Assembly (NCBI GenBank): GCA_964016885.1
Contig: OZ024740.1
Span: forward strand, 360,034,001 to 360,098,000
Direction: 5' to 3'
Source: Eledone cirrhosa
Lineage: Eukaryota
DNA length: 64,000 nucleotides
Part shown: positions 1-12,909 of the stretch, in pieces
How the letters are laid out: each line of letters starts with the position of its first letter
Numbering within the stretch: position 1 is the first letter of the stretch
Translations under genes and position numbers: made by a program
The notes under the pieces: generated by a model
Told to the model about the DNA's origin: nothing
Databases searched by the model: none
Seen by the model: the letters and a program-made list of their open reading frames with translations, nothing else

Positions 1-9
1 TGAACCGCG

Positions 10-558
10 TCAATGATAGTTAAATAGGTCAACCTTTGGTCCGACAAGTTTGGGCTCATTTTCCTCTAAGTATTGGGAAAGAGATTCGATGTCAAATGCT
101 GTTTCCCGCAACAAATCCGGAGCCAATGTGTTAGCTTCCTCTCTGACGGTTGACGGCAAGCCATACGTCGTCAACTCACTCCCACCCATGTCGAGGAGGG
201 CGTCCTCGATATCAATGAGTGCCCTGTTGTAGATAATGTCGCTGAAACCAACTTCCACCGAAGTATACTGCAGATAAGCCAGGCACAGGAAGTCCTCAGA
301 CATGAAGTCTCTGTACTTGACCCATAAAGATTTGGGATCACCCAATTCACACTTTTGAAGCAAAATGGCAAAGAGTTCCCGTAGATCTTTAGGTGATTTC
401 AACAAAGCACCCTCTGCTAAAGTGGAATCCCATTGCGAATCATCTTCCAAAAGACCACGCTTAAAACAGCTTCCCGGTACGTATCACATATTTCTCCATC
501 AACAGTTTTGAGGTCCTGAAAACTTTGTGGGCCTACAACTTCATGCAGAGGAAGGCGG
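10..558 (-). pseudogene. Helitron RepHel fragment (Rep-helicase linker), frameshifted
   Basis: GPQSFQDLKTVDGEICDTYREA / LEDDSQWDSTLAEG / LRELFAILL / LWVKYRDFMSED motifs typical of Helitron RepHel; split between ORFs 417-602 and 10-450. Confidence 0.85.
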
Positions 559-1135
559 TGTAGTGGTTGTGTGTGTATAATGGTGAAATATTGATAAGGC
601 ATGCGTATGCCGGAAAAATGAATAAGTAGGTGAATGGATTCATTATAAAAATAATTTATTTCACTGGAACTTAATTTGTGGTTATGTACACATCATGCTT
701 TACTACATACAAAAATGTTTATGTTGACAACTGCTACGAGCTGTTAGAAAATAGAACCAGGATACATTTGTGGAACTGGTGTGTTAGAATGAATATGTTT
801 GTGTGAGTGTGTGTGTGTAGTTCATCTGACACAGTAGGTCTCTCTGTGTGGTGTCAGACCAGCTTTCTGTCCCGGGTTTCCCTTGACTCTCATATATATA
901 ATGTTGCGGTGGCTAGAATGATAGACATACCGCAACAGGGTTTCTACGTCCTTCGGTCAATTTGACTTTGGCTTGACCTAGCTGAGGTCGTAGGTCAAAG
1001 GGAGGCGATCAATCACTTTTTGACAGGACAAAGAAAAAACCTTTCTTTGGCGCCTTTCGTCGTGATTTTGAACAGCGAGAATTCTTAGATTCGGTTTCGA
1101 ATCTAGGCTTGGAGAAGGAAGTGTTATTTGTTACA
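559..1135 (-). repeat. 3' LTR of CsRn1-like element
   Basis: Direct repeat of 6212-6786 with a few substitutions and microsatellite-length differences; TG...CA ends. Confidence 0.95.
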
Positions 1136-1148
1136 CTACCCCACTTCT
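1136..1148 (-). other. Polypurine tract
   Basis: AGAAGTGGGGTAG on the minus strand immediately before the 3' LTR. Confidence 0.8.
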
Positions 1149-1774
1149 AGTGAGAAAACCACAGAGATCGAACGATGGTGGAAATGTTTTTTTTTTTGTT
1201 TTTTTTTATGTGTATGCAGAAAAATATACAGTGTAACAGACAAATGAATGTATATCAAAAACATGCAATATAAAAAATATGAAACAAAGTTTTGATGTTG
1301 ATGTGTGCTAAATGGCAGAATTGTTGACGCTTTGAAAGTGGTGTGCGTCTATTAATTACTCGACCCACTAGGGATATAATAGAGGCGAGGCGACTTTCAG
1401 TGGCGCAAAAGATCGAGTGGTAGCACACATGAGAAAGTGACTGTTGTAAGTGTGTGTAAGCATACGGGTAGCAAAATATTTATACAAAATGGCAAAACAT
1501 TTAAAAAAAGAAAGCAAAACATGTGTACACTTTAAAAATGAAAGAAATGTTCATCGAAAAAAGTTCGTTTGTAAAATGTTCAGTAAAAGTTCACGCAGAC
1601 AGTTTTTCGTTGAGACGTTTCTTTGTTTTCCTTTTTTTTTTCTTTTTTTTTTAAATATATATATACCAATGTTCATTGATTTCTTTGAGTCTGTATGTGG
1701 GTGATGCAGTCATGTGAGTTATGTGTTGATGAATGCATTTCATTAAAGAAGATGGGTAGGTTAAGTGTTGGGAC

Positions 1775-4700
1775 TTACCCGAAAAACTTGCATAAACCTT
1801 GCGGGCCATCGAACTGTTCTTCCCGATTTGGTGTGCCGGGGTTGTGCAGAATCTGTGGTGTTTGTTGGAGAGGATGAGTCGGTTCGAAGAACGGAGGGAA
1901 CTGAATTGAGTCCTCCTCGATGAAGGCTTTTTTTAACCGATCGATTGATACCGTATTTCGTTTACCTCTAATATCGAGAACGAAATACTTGGGTTCTCTT
2001 TCGATAACTTTGTAGGGCCCGGAATATGGTGGCCGAAGTTGAGATGGTATCCCATCATTCCTCACGAAAACATGAGTCCACGTGTTGATGTCTTTGGGGA
2101 CATGTGAAACGACGTTCTGTTGTCTGGGGCCTGCAGGTGACAAATGCGACATGGATGTCCGTAGTCGGTGCACATATTGTGCTGGGTCAGGAAAATCTTT
2201 TCATGAAACAGGTTCGATCATCTGCCCAGGTAAGGTGAGTGCTGTGCCATAAACGAGTTCAGCCGGAGTATATCCAAGTTCCTCCTCAACCGTGGATCGT
2301 ATACCAAGGAGGATGAGAGGGAGATGTTCCAGCCAGTGAGAACTGTCTGTAGATGCTTTTATGGATGCCTTGAGTTGGCGGTGAAAGCGTTCGACCATGC
2401 CATTTGCTGCAGGGTGGTAAGCCGTAGTGCGGGTGTGTTTACACCCGAGGAGACGAGTCAGCTCGGTGAAAAGGTGGGAATCGAACTGTCGTCCCCTGTC
2501 GGTGGTGATTGTTGCGGGTGTGCCAAAACGCGAAACCCATTGTGATATCAACGTTTTGGCGACCGTTTCTGCCGATGTATCAGATAAGGGCCAAGCTTCG
2601 GGCCATCGCGAAAAACGATCGACGCAGGTAAGCAGATATGTATAATTCTGCGAAGGTGGCATAGGTCCCACGATGTCAATGTGAACGTGCTGAAATCGTG
2701 CGTCAGGTTGCGAAAAGGAACCGATTGGTGATTTTATGTGCCGGTAGATTTTCGCTTTTTGGCACGCGACACAGCACTTGGTCCATTCTCTGGTATCCTT
2801 GTTGATACTGGTCCACACAAAACGGGTCGATATCAGCTTTTGAGTGGAGCGAATACCAGGATGTGACAGAGTATGCAGAGCAGAGAAAACTTCTCGCCGA
2901 TGTTTATGTGGCACATACGGGCGTTGGTGACCGGTGGAGATATCACACCAAATGTGGGCCGTGGACGATGGTAGCGGAACATGCTGAAATTTCAGAGATG
3001 ACGAATTCCGGAGCTTTAGAAGCTCTTCGTCATTCTCCTGGTCAACTGCTATATGTGCCAGATCAATTGTAGCAGTGGTGTGGATAGCATTGATCTGTGT
3101 GCGTGAAAGTGCATCGGCTGCTAAGTTGGTCGTCCCTTTGATGTGGCGTATATCCGTCGTATACTGCGATATGAAGTCGAGGTGGCGGATTTCTCTCGGC
3201 GAGTGGCGATCCGGCTTGGTGTTAAATGCATATATGAGTGGTTTGTGGTCGGTGTATATGGCAAAATTTGTACCTTCTAGCATGTGTCGAAAATGCTTAA
3301 CGGCCAGGTATGCCGCTAATAATTCCCGACTGAATGTGCTGTATTTCGTTTCTGCGGGTTTTAACCGCTTCGAAAAGAAGGAAAACGGTTGCCATATGCC
3401 ACCAACAAGCTGCTGCAGCACACCTCCAACTCCCGAATCGGATGCGTCGACGAGTAGACACAGTGGGGCGTCTGGTTTTGGATAAACCAACATAGTAGCG
3501 TTGGATAATGCTTTTTTCAGGGCATCGAAAGAGGCGAGTTGCTTTTCATCCAGGGCAATGTTCGTGTTTTTGCAAGTTCGATGATGTAGCAAATCTGTGA
3601 GCGGTTGCGCTATCTCAGCGAGGTGGGGGTATAAACCTTCTATAGAAGTTCGCTAGCCCGAGATATTCCCTTAATTTGCGGAGAGATGTGGGTGGTGGAA
3701 AATCCACGATGGCCTTGACTTTCTCGGGCAGGGGACGAATACCACCCTTATCGACGATGTGGCCGAGGAAATGAAGGGAAGCAACTCCGAACGAACATTT
3801 GCTCGGGTTGACAACAATACCGTATTTTCGCAGACGTTCGAACAGCAGATGGAGGTGTTGGTGATGTTCTTCGTCCGAGTTACTGGCGACGAGTATGTCG
3901 TCTATGTAGGCATAGACGAAAGGTAAACCTCTGGTAACCATGTCTATAAACCTTTGGAATGTCTGTGCTGCGTTGCGTAAACCGAAAGGCATACGCAGGA
4001 ATTCAAACATTCCGAAAGGTGTAGTGAGTGCAGTCTTCGGGATGTCCGCAGGTTCCACTGGGATTTGGTTGTATGCTCGCACAAGGTCGATCTTGGTAAA
4101 AATGCGAGCTCCATGCAGCGAACTAGAAAAATCCTGCAGATAAGGAACTGGATAAGCATCGCTGACAGTGCTTTTATTCAGCGATCGATAATCACCGCAA
4201 GCTCGCCAATCGGTCTGTAGCGGTTGTCTCCCTTGTTTGGATTAACATCTAGACGGGAAGTAGAACCCTTTCTGTAACTTCCGGTCAGAACCCTATAAAA
4301 CTAACAACTTTAAGTTCTCACTCTCTCATTTGGCTCTGCCTCTCATTTGGCCTTCCGGCGCCTGGCTGGCCTTAGCCAGGCGTCCTCTGCCAGCCGCGTT
4401 TGCCTGGCAATCAAAACGGTAACGACTAACTTTGTTTCATTCTATCATCTATTTCTTTGACATGGTAACTATACTATCTACCATTGTTAATTAAATATTA
4501 TACACACAAACCATGTCTCGTTTTGTTACATTCATACTACCCAGTACTCTCGCTACAGGTCGATGATTTTTTGGGGACGCAGTGTATCGGCGAGGACCAG
4601 TTGCTGCTGGACAGACGGATAATTCCAAGGTCGAGCAGGTGCTGGAATTCCCGCTTGACGGCCTTTAAACGATCAGGTGGTAACCTTCTGGGTCTCGCAG

Positions 4701-5334
4701 CAACAGGTGGACCGCTGGTTTTGATGTGGTGGGTGATTTCGTGCTTGATCGGCTGGTTATGGAATAATGGTCGAGCGACGTCCGGATATTCTTTCAGGAT
4801 AGTGCTGTGAGGAGTCGTCGTTGTGAGCATAACAGTTGGGCTTACTGTGGCCATAAGAGCGGCTATACCGCGCACACTAAGCTGTGTGGTGCTGTCGACC
4901 AGTTGTCTATTTTTAATGTCTACCAGGAGACCGAAATGATGCAGGAAATCGGCTCCTAAGATAGGGGTCGGCAGTTTAGCAATGATAAATACCCACTGAA
5001 AAGTGCGGCGTTGTCCTAAGTTCAGTGTTAGGGACTGTTCACCGTAGGTTGTAATGGGTGAGTGGTTAACTGCCTGAAGACAAACTGGTGACTCTTTCCT
5101 TTTTCTTGAAGTGCTGGAAACAGGGATGATGCTGACTTCGGCGCTGGTGTCAACCAGGAAACATGTGCCTGTTACCCGATCGCAAACGAAAAACAGGCGA
5201 CTTTGTGGGTGCGAGCCAGGAACTTCCGTCGCGTTCAATTCCTGGCTGTGTCGTTTCCCTGACTGGATGCTGAAAACGAGCACGGGATTATGCATTTTTG
5301 CGCCCGTTTTCCGAACTTTCGGTGGTACCAACAC
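1775..5334 (-). pseudogene. pol: pol polyprotein (protease, RT, RNase H, integrase), disrupted
   Basis: PR FLVDTSAEVS (DTG altered to DTS); [14 protein letters not shown]; RH VDASD, YTDHKPL, ADALSR; [28 protein letters not shown]. Lesions: solo-LTR insertion 4216-4557, frameshift near 3620, in-frame stop at 2201. Confidence 0.95.
4216..4557. mobile_element. Solo LTR of an unrelated family inserted in the RT coding region
   Basis: Ends TGTAGCG...CGCTACA with a 4-bp TSD GGTC (4212-4215, 4558-4561). Removing it restores the frame [20 protein letters not shown]. Confidence 0.9.
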
Positions 5335-6110
5335 GTGTCCTGTGAGTTGCGGGTAGCACTGGGGCTTGGGGACCGTCTTCCATCTCGACGCGATCGGCTG
5401 CTGCTTCGGCGCTGGGTACCAAGCGATAGGGCCTGTATTTGTGTTGTGAGGGCCTGTATCTGCGCTGCTTGCTGCGTCATTAATGAACGCAAGTCCGAAA
5501 TTTCTGAAGAACTGGTTGCTGAAATGAAAGGATTGGTAATGGGAGCGGCTGGCGTCACCGTCGATACTGTTGCATATCTGTGTAGTACGTCGGCTATTTT
5601 GTTCGCTAGCTCCGCCAGTTCCTCAATGGATGTGGATTCCCGTGTGGCAGCGAGGACCACTTGCGTGTTGGAGGGCAGACGCTGGAGAAAGAGCTGCTTG
5701 AATATTTTGTCGGGTAGGCTTTCATCTCCAAGAAGCTGCTTCATTCTACGCAGAAGCTGAGAGGGCGTTTTATCACCCAATTCTTCCGATATCAGAAGCT
5801 GGTGAAGTCGCTTTTGTTGGGACTCGGAAGTTCTGTTGATGAGTGTCGTCTTAAAAATGTTGTACGACGATGGTAGTGCCATAATGAGATCGCGGACGAC
5901 GTTCGTGATCTCTGGCGATAGGGAACCGATGACATATGACAGTCGAGACGCATCGCTGTTTACTCGGTTAGAAGAAAACTGGGCCTCTATATGATAAAAC
6001 CATAATGCAGGGTCGTGTGTCCAGAATGGAGGAATTCTCAAAGTAACCGCCGCTTGGAATGCCATGTCGATAGATGTGTTCGCCGCTGGATTCTGTTCTG
6101 GGAGAGCCAT
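5235..6110 (-). CDS. gag: Gag protein of CsRn1-like retrotransposon (291 aa, ORF intact)
   Basis: LRIPPFW..DPALWF..IEAQF, LGDKTPSQLLRRM, LFLQRLP, and the CWYHRKFGKRAQKCIIPC knuckle. A G-GGA-AAC slippery site at 5259-5253 leads into pol in the -1 frame. Confidence 0.92.
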   Translation of the reverse strand: MALPEQNPAANTSIDMAFQAAVTLRIPPFWTHDPALWFYHIEAQFSSNRVNSDASRLSYVIGSLSPEITNVVRDLIMALPSSYNIFKTTLINRTSESQQKRLHQLLISEELGDKTPSQLLRRMKQLLGDESLPDKIFKQLFLQRLPSNTQVVLAATRESTSIEELAELANKIADVLHRYATVSTVTPAAPITNPFISATSSSEISDLRSLMTQQAAQIQALTTQIQALSLGTQRRSSSRSRRDGRRSPSPSATRNSQDTCWYHRKFGKRAQKCIIPCSFSASSQGNDTARN

Positions 6111-6198
6111 TGTGTTCGCGGAATTCTCAATTCTGTTTCTGTTTCCAAATGCAGTTCGGTTGGTGAAGCTGGTTCAAAGGAAGGCCGCAATTCGTTTA

Positions 6199-6209
6199 CG
6201 GGGTCACCA
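6199..6209 (-). other. Primer binding site, tRNA-Trp type
   Basis: TGGTGACCCCG begins 2 nt after the 5' LTR and is complementary to the 3' end of eukaryotic tRNA-Trp. Confidence 0.85.
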
Positions 6210-6211
6210 AA

Positions 6212-6786
6212 TGTAGTGGTTGTATGTGTATAATGGTGAAATATTGATAAGGCATGTGTATGCCGGAAAAATGAATAAGTAGGTGAATGGATTCATTATA
6301 AAAATAATTTATTTCACGAACTTAATTTGTGGTTATGTACACATCATGCTTTACTACATACAAAAATGTTTATGTTGACAACTGCTACGAGCTGTTAGAA
6401 AATAGAACCAGGATACATTTGTGGAACTGGTGTGTTAGAATGAATATGTTTGTGTGAGTGTGTGTGTAGTTCATCTGACACAGTAGGTCTCTCTGTGTGG
6501 TGTCAGACCAGCTTTCTGTCCCGGGTTTCCCTTGACTCTCATATATATATAATGTTGCGGTGGCTAGAATGATAGACATACCGCAACAGGGTTTCTACGT
6601 CCTTCGGTCAATTTGACTTTGGCTTGACCTAGCTGAGGTCGTAGGTCAAAGGGAGGCGATCAATCACTTTTTGACAGGACAAAGAAAAAACCTTTCTTTG
6701 GCGCCTTTCGTCGTGATTTTGAACAGCGAGAATTCTTAGATTCGGTTTCGAATCTAGGCTTGGAGAAGGAAGTGTTATTTGTTACA
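6212..6786 (-). repeat. 5' LTR of CsRn1-like element
   Basis: Direct repeat of 559-1135; abuts the PBS. Confidence 0.95.
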
Positions 6787-7813
6787 GCGGCGATGAAAGC
6801 ACTCGTGCTGACTTGGGGGCACAGTGTAAACCCTTCCAAGACAGCTGTCAAATTTTACACCAGGATGTCTTTCAACAGCCTGACCTGACTTTCTTCGTAC
6901 CAAAGTGTTCGACCATATAAAGTAGGATGGAACCTGGGGGCACACAATTGTTTGCGGAAATGTATCAAACTGGCAAAGTTTGAAGAAACCCGTCAGAGTG
7001 GTCTCTTTCGGATTGGCGGCGGTTTGGTACGTAAAGTAAACCCTTTGCCCATTTTCCAAATGTACCGTAAGCTGTACGATGGCGGGATGCCGTTGGTGTA
7101 GGGGTAAACCAAATAGGCGCCAAAAAGCTTCATTGCTACTGATGTACCGCCCCGCCAGGTATTCTGTGACCTCGTCCCTGCTATTTTCAGCTTGAAATGC
7201 GAACATTGCGGCATCAGAGCCCTTATTTACATATTTGCATATGTATTTTATCGACTTGACGAAGTTGCAAAACTCAACGTTGATGTGGGCATTGAACATC
7301 TTCAAAAGAAGCGGGCAGTAAGGGACCACCCATCTATTGTCAACTTGACCTCCCCTTACTGTTGTTGTGAAGCCACCGTTCTCGGGCCGTTTCCGCCTGT
7401 ACCCGTCGCAACCAGTCTGAGTCTGGTCAACAAATTTTGGGGGGTATCCCTTACTGCACGACCCCCGTTCAGACACGTGTGATGCTCATTAGGACGCGAT
7501 GCACACGGACCATGTTAGCTCTGACGATGTCATGTAATTCCTGGTCAGTTGCTGGGTTAGGGATTTCAGCCGAAATGAAGCTGTCTATGGCATTTGAATT
7601 GATTTTATCAGCGAACCAAATCAAAATGTGAGCATGTGGCAGTCCTCGATTTTGCCATGTGAACATGTCACATTTTACAGCCCCAAATACCTGACCCTTT
7701 TTGATTAAAGCCATGAGTTTAGCCAGTTTCAGTCTGAACACTCTGGCAATGAGGTCATGTCTGTTCGAATAATTTTGCCCAGGAAAACGTTCACGGGTTA
7801 CATTCCGATTCAC
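6787..7813 (-). pseudogene. Helitron Rep (HUH) domain fragment
   Basis: HUH motif PHAHILIW and YxxKYxxK (KYICKYVNK); frameshifted between ORFs 7469-7813 and 6775-7476. Confidence 0.9.
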
Positions 7814-9203
7814 ATGTCTATAGCATTAATCTGTTATATGAAGTTTTATTTTGCAGGTTGTTATTTGCAATAAGCCGATTGAAAATACCCCAGATAAGCC
7901 GTATGTCAATACGGAACGCTCCACTGCAGTGTTGTCATATAGGGAGTGAAGAGCGACAGAGAGAGTAAAGCAGTTAAATTATAGAGAGAGGAAATATACA
8001 GAACGCTCCATTTGATCATAAATATTGTTTCTCTCTCTACACTGTTGTCATATAGGGAGTGAAGAGCGACAGAGAGAGTAAAGCAGTTAAATTATAGAGA
8101 GGGGGAATGATCATGATCGATTTTTGCCATTATTGTTGATGGATTTGAAATTATTTTGCTTCATGACCTTTTCCTGATCAAAAGCAATAATTGTCCCGAC
8201 TTTGAATAGAATCCGTTGGAAATTGTGGACGTGCATACGTTACAAACCTTAACACGCACATCCTCAGCTTTATATATATAGACGGGTTACTGCTGTTTTT
8301 ATTCAGATTAGTAAACAATAAATATGAAGATGTTTTTTTTTCTCATATTCATTTTATATAAAATATGTCAAAGTTGTAATGATAATAAAATTTAAAAATG
8401 AAAATCTGTTTAATCCGGTTTTACCCGGGAGATTTGGTTCACTGATAAGAATTCAACTTCTTTTCCCAACCAAGAAACCAACAAAAATCACAAAAAGGGA
8501 ACACGAAAAACAAAAAATATTAGAGTATTGAAGTTTGCTTGAAGCATTGTGGAATAATAAGGTATATTTCTTTAGGTCGTTTTGGAAGCCTCAACAATGC
8601 AGATGGGTAGTTCTCCGGGTAACAAGATCCGGTGGTGGAGAGAGAGATGTAAGTGAATGTAGATTGAGATGTATAGTGTGTAGAAGAACGTAGGAATGGG
8701 CGTAAAAAATAAAAATAATAACACGAGATAGAGTTACCGTGATTTAATTGTCCCTATATATTTCGGATTCACATCCATCAACTGAGGGGGAAAGGTGCGA
8801 AACGTGTCCTCCGCTGTTGCTTTGAATATCTGAGGTATTCAGCAGAGCGCGCGTGCGCGTGAAATGGGGGCGGTCAAGTATAGGTCAGCGGTCGAAATAG
8901 TTCTTTCAATTGTGGGAGTGGGTTGGCGTTAACTGTCAGTCCATTGTATTATCTGCCCTGTTGAATAGTGTGTGGTTGTGGTAGTATTCTCTGCCTGTTT
9001 GGTGAATGTTAAGAATAACAAACCGAAATCCTAATAAATGTACTGTCAAATAAGGTTGAAAACAGAAATATGAAAACCCAAAAGAAAGAAAAAAAATTGA
9101 AATCCAAAAAGACAAAACACAAATAAAGACAAACATAAAAATCAACCAAATTAATAATCACAAACTTACGTGCATTTATTTGCCTTTCTTTCAATTAAAA
9201 TGG

Positions 9204-9333
9204 GGCTGGTACAGAAGCGAAGATCAACATGAAGTCGAACCATGTATGGCACGGAAAAGAGGCTGGCACAGAAGAGAAGATCATCATGAAGTCGAACCAT
9301 GTATGGCACGGAAAAGAGGCTGGCACAGAAGAG
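9204..9333. repeat. 57-bp tandem repeat (about 2.3 copies) just 3' of the helicase stop
   Basis: GGCTGGCACAGAAG...GGAAAAGA units start at 9204, 9261 and 9318. Confidence 0.85.
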
Positions 9334-9338
9334 CGTTA

Positions 9339-10150
9339 TCATTGTAGAGCCTCTTGGTAGACAACATTCTTAACTTCTCTTTTTGTTGAGTGAATGAAGA
9401 GTCCCCGCGGACTTCCTACTCGGGAACATCCAACGTACAGTTGGCCATGTGAGAATGCCTGTGCACTCAGATTCCGTCCAACCACTTGCATCGATTGTCC
9501 CTGTGCCTTGTTGATGGTCATGGCAAAGCTGAGTTTGATGGGATATTGCAATCGCGTAAATTCGTTGACGACGTCAGATGGACTGAGTTTTACTGGAGGA
9601 ATTAGAACGTCTGTGCCATCAGCTGGTCCGTTCAAGATTGTCGCAACCAGAATTTTGGACGATTTAATGATCATTCGTGTTCCGTTGCACATTGTTGGAG
9701 AGTCCAAGTTCCTTAGCATCATAACCGGCGCACCAACCTTTAGCTGCAGGTCGTGAGGCGGAAGTCCAGGAGGTGTTTGACTGTTGAGGAATTTAATGGT
9801 AAACATTGTGGCATCCTCAGCATTTTTGTTAGTGTCAATAGACTTAAATGAAACTGTATTCCCTGGAAGCGGATCAAGGAGTTTCTTGTTGATTTCGTCA
9901 ACTGTCACATTGTGTGGTGCCAAAATAGCCCTCTCTCTAAGCCAGTTGTGGTCACGAAACCGATTTTCAATGTCAGGAAACACAGACTCCGTTAGTTCGT
10001 CCACATCAGACACGTAGTTTCCAAACGGAAGACGGATATGCCCTTCAGCATCTGCATCTATATGTCCATTGCCGACATCAAGAAGCTGCGCCGAAAAAGT
10101 TAAATAATCTTGATCGCCATGTACCTGAACTCTCATGTTGGTAGTCAGAT
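9339..10150 (-). pseudogene. Helitron PIF1-like helicase, C-terminal part
   Basis: LTTNMR, ERAILAP, GLPPHDLQLKVGAPVMMLRNL, CNGTR, FAMTINKAQGQS, FSHGQLYVGCSRV, NVVYQEAL*. Confidence 0.92.
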
Positions 10151-10480
10151 GAAGTTTTTCAATTTAAACAGTCATATCAATCCCAGTACTAATTTTTCAA
10201 AGCTGGCACTTACTTTATTGATCTCTTTTGTCAAGTTGCACTAAGTTATGGGATATTAGCACAGTTACAAACCTAAACATGGTAACACACACACATATAC
10301 AAACCTAAACATGGTAACACGCGCACGTAGTAGTTTTACACGATCGAACAAACCGTAAATGATTTTTTATTGCAGTAGAAGTCTGCTTAGAACGCGCAAA
10401 AAATCAAATCTTGTAATCGAGCGTTCACGATACTGGGGTGACGTTAATGCAACCCATTTAAACTGATTATTGTAGTTAAA

Positions 10481-12183
10481 TCTAATATATATTTGTGAAA
10501 TGGGCGGTGGTTGAAATTCAGATGTGCACGGTTAAATGGTAGTAGACCTGATCGGACTGACATGAACATTTACACACCTATGTAAAAAGTGCCAAGGAAG
10601 CAAATAGACTAGGTTTAAAAAATGTGGTCCCTGGCGCCCCAAAACTATCGCGTTCGGTGAGTTATTTCTAAAAAAACATATCAAAGACAACGTTATTTCG
10701 CTGTTAATAAACTTTTGGCTACTACAGTACGTTTCATTTTCATTTTTAAAATACAATTGCTCTATATTAAATTTAAATAATTCTATAACGATCATACAGT
10801 ACTGTTTTATGAAATCGATTCTGCAGTAGAATTTTACGAAATGCCAAAACGAAACAGGTAACTGTTTTCTAACAAAAGAAATAAAACCCTTACATTGCGA
10901 ACCCCCTGTTCTAATACTGGAGTTAGTTATTTCCCCCTCTTCTAATAAATATCTAATATATAGAAGCCCCTCTTGCTGACCAGGGCAATCAAAGTGTAAA
11001 CTATCATACAGTACCGTTTTATGAAATCAATTCTGCAGTACCATTTTACGAAATGCCAAACCGAAAACAGTCACTGTTTTCCATCAAAAGAAATAAAACC
11101 CTTAAATTGCGAATATGGGAGTCATGTTCTCAAGTACGTTTTTTCAGATATCATTTTCATTTTATTTCTAATACATGTTAACCACCACTAACAGTAAGTA
11201 GTATTTTTCAATTCATTGTCTTATTTAAAATAACATATCAAAGACAACGTTATTTCGCTGTTAATAAACTTTTGGCTACTACAAGCTTCCATGGTTACGG
11301 AGAAAATCGATGAAACAGGAATTTCCCATTCAAATTGAACTGAGAGTAATCTGTGAACGCAGAAGTAAATATTTCGAGAAACGTTGCAACCGAACGAAAA
11401 CAGGAAGACGATATTTTGGTTCGTGAAGACGTTCCCTGGCAATGAACGGGAAAAAAGCGAGGATAATACATCGTTATGTGGAGCGTGAAGAACAATTTCA
11501 TGCAAAGACAAGACCAAGTTTCTGGTATAAATGGAGTCGTTAGACTAATATTCTATTTAAAATAACAGAATGATTTCCAGCCCCGGAGTTTAAGAATGAT
11601 GTAAATAAAATTGAAAACGAAAATGACAGAGGTTATTAAAGTAGTAAAAGTAAATAGTGAAGATTTAGGCCAGTATATACGTATGCCCCGACGGACATAC
11701 ACATACATACGCACACACAAATACACACACACACGAACACGCGCGCGTATGTATAAACCTTATGCATTTCTACAGTATTTTCACCAAACTTAAGACATAG
11801 GTTACTTATGTACTCCGGATGGTCATGGGCACTTTCATTTTTACAGATATTGATTATAGGGCGGATATTGATTATAGGCAGATAACCCCCTTTAATCACT
11901 TCCTCGGAGTCGACTGAAGCACTGCAGTGCAATGCAACAAAAAGTCATAACTTCTGGAGTTCGCAACCGATTTTCACAAAACTTGACACATGGGCTACAG
12001 ATGAATGTGAACTCTCAGAATTGGCACATATTGAGTAGGGGACCCCTGGAGACAGGAACCCTCTTTTGGAAAAAGCCGATGATTTTGTAAAAGTATAGTT
12101 TTCGAAGTAACACTGAAGTATTGACATAAATGGTATACACAACTGCTATTTAATACCCGAGCAACGCCGGGTACCTCTGCTAG
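10481..12183 (+). mobile_element. Non-autonomous Helitron (copy C) nested in copy B
   Basis: 5' A|TCTAATATAT at 10481. 3' hairpin TACCCGAGCAACGCCGGGTA is followed by CTAG|T at 12180-12184, an A|T target. Internal duplications are present. A second TC start at 10952 is an alternative 5' end. Confidence 0.7.
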
Positions 12184-12876
12184 TAAACTAATGAAATGCA
12201 AAGTATGCCTTATTAATTTGAATGTGTTGTTTATGCAGAAGTCTGCTTAGAACTGTATTGTCCATTTAAGAATGAAATAAGTTACGAAGAAATGTTGTTC
12301 ATCAACCAAAAACTCACGTGTTATTAAGTTTGAATGTGTTGTTTATGCAGAAGTCCGCTTAGACCTGTATTGTCAAGAAATCGATAAAAATATTTTTTAT
12401 CCAATAACCACGTGTTGAAGTATCAGTGGAAAATTGTCAAGAAATCGATAAAATTTCAAGGGAAAAAAGTCTGCTTAGAACTGTATTGTCAAGAAATCGA
12501 TTAAAATATTTTTTATCTAATAACCACGTGTTGAAGTTTCCGTGGGAAATTGTCAAGAAATCGATAAAATTTCAAAGGAAAAAACTCTTTTAAAAAAAAA
12601 AGAGGTTATCTTCCTTGGTTATTGGATCATTGAATTTCATCGATTGTTTCATCGATTTTCTCTGTAACCATTGAAGCTTTTAATTTGAAAGTCGACCCAA
12701 CGCCTCCTTGGGTCATTCTGCATAACTGTGTAAATTTTCGCTGCATTGCACTAAGCAGTTTCGACGTTTATCCGACTACACCTACTTACTTACTTAAATA
12801 TACAACATCCGACTACTTCCAATTTATATAGTAGATAAAATTCTATTCTCCATTCTGTCCGCCGGGTGGGGGTGGG

Positions 12877-12909
<33 letters not shown>

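Larger units (their letters stand above)
559..6786 (-). mobile_element. Near-complete Ty3/Gypsy LTR retrotransposon, CsRn1 clade
   Basis: Two near-identical TG..CA LTRs and a 4-bp TSD GCGG (555-558, 6787-6790). tRNA-Trp PBS and PPT are present. Gag has a C-X2-H-X9-C-X3-C knuckle, and pol order is PR-RT-RH-IN. Confidence 0.95.
1..8282 (-). mobile_element. Helitron (copy A), degraded RepHel element interrupted by a Gypsy insertion; runs off the left edge of the window
   Basis: The minus-strand 5' terminus reads TCTATATATATAAAG at 8282. Rep motifs (RHDLIARVF, RGLPHAHILIW, VDNRWVVPY, AHINVEFC, SIKYICKYVNKG) lie at 6787-7813. The reading ECFHRR|LPLHEVVGPQSFQDLKTVDG continues across the Gypsy insertion into 558-10. 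Confidence 0.85.
8283..12835 (-). mobile_element. Helitron (copy B), internally deleted, containing a nested Helitron
   Basis: 5' A|TCTACTATATAAA at 12835. The AGAAGTCTGCTTAGAAC subrepeat occurs on both sides of the nested insert (10377, 12238). A PIF1 helicase C-terminus lies at 9339-10150. The 3' sequence at 8283-8400 matches the Helitron 3' end at 44066 onward. Confidence 0.7.

Noticed and set aside
2324-5760. Plus-strand ORFs over the Gypsy element (and minus-strand ORFs over 33331-36670)
   Set aside because: These are antisense shadows of gag/pol with no independent motifs.
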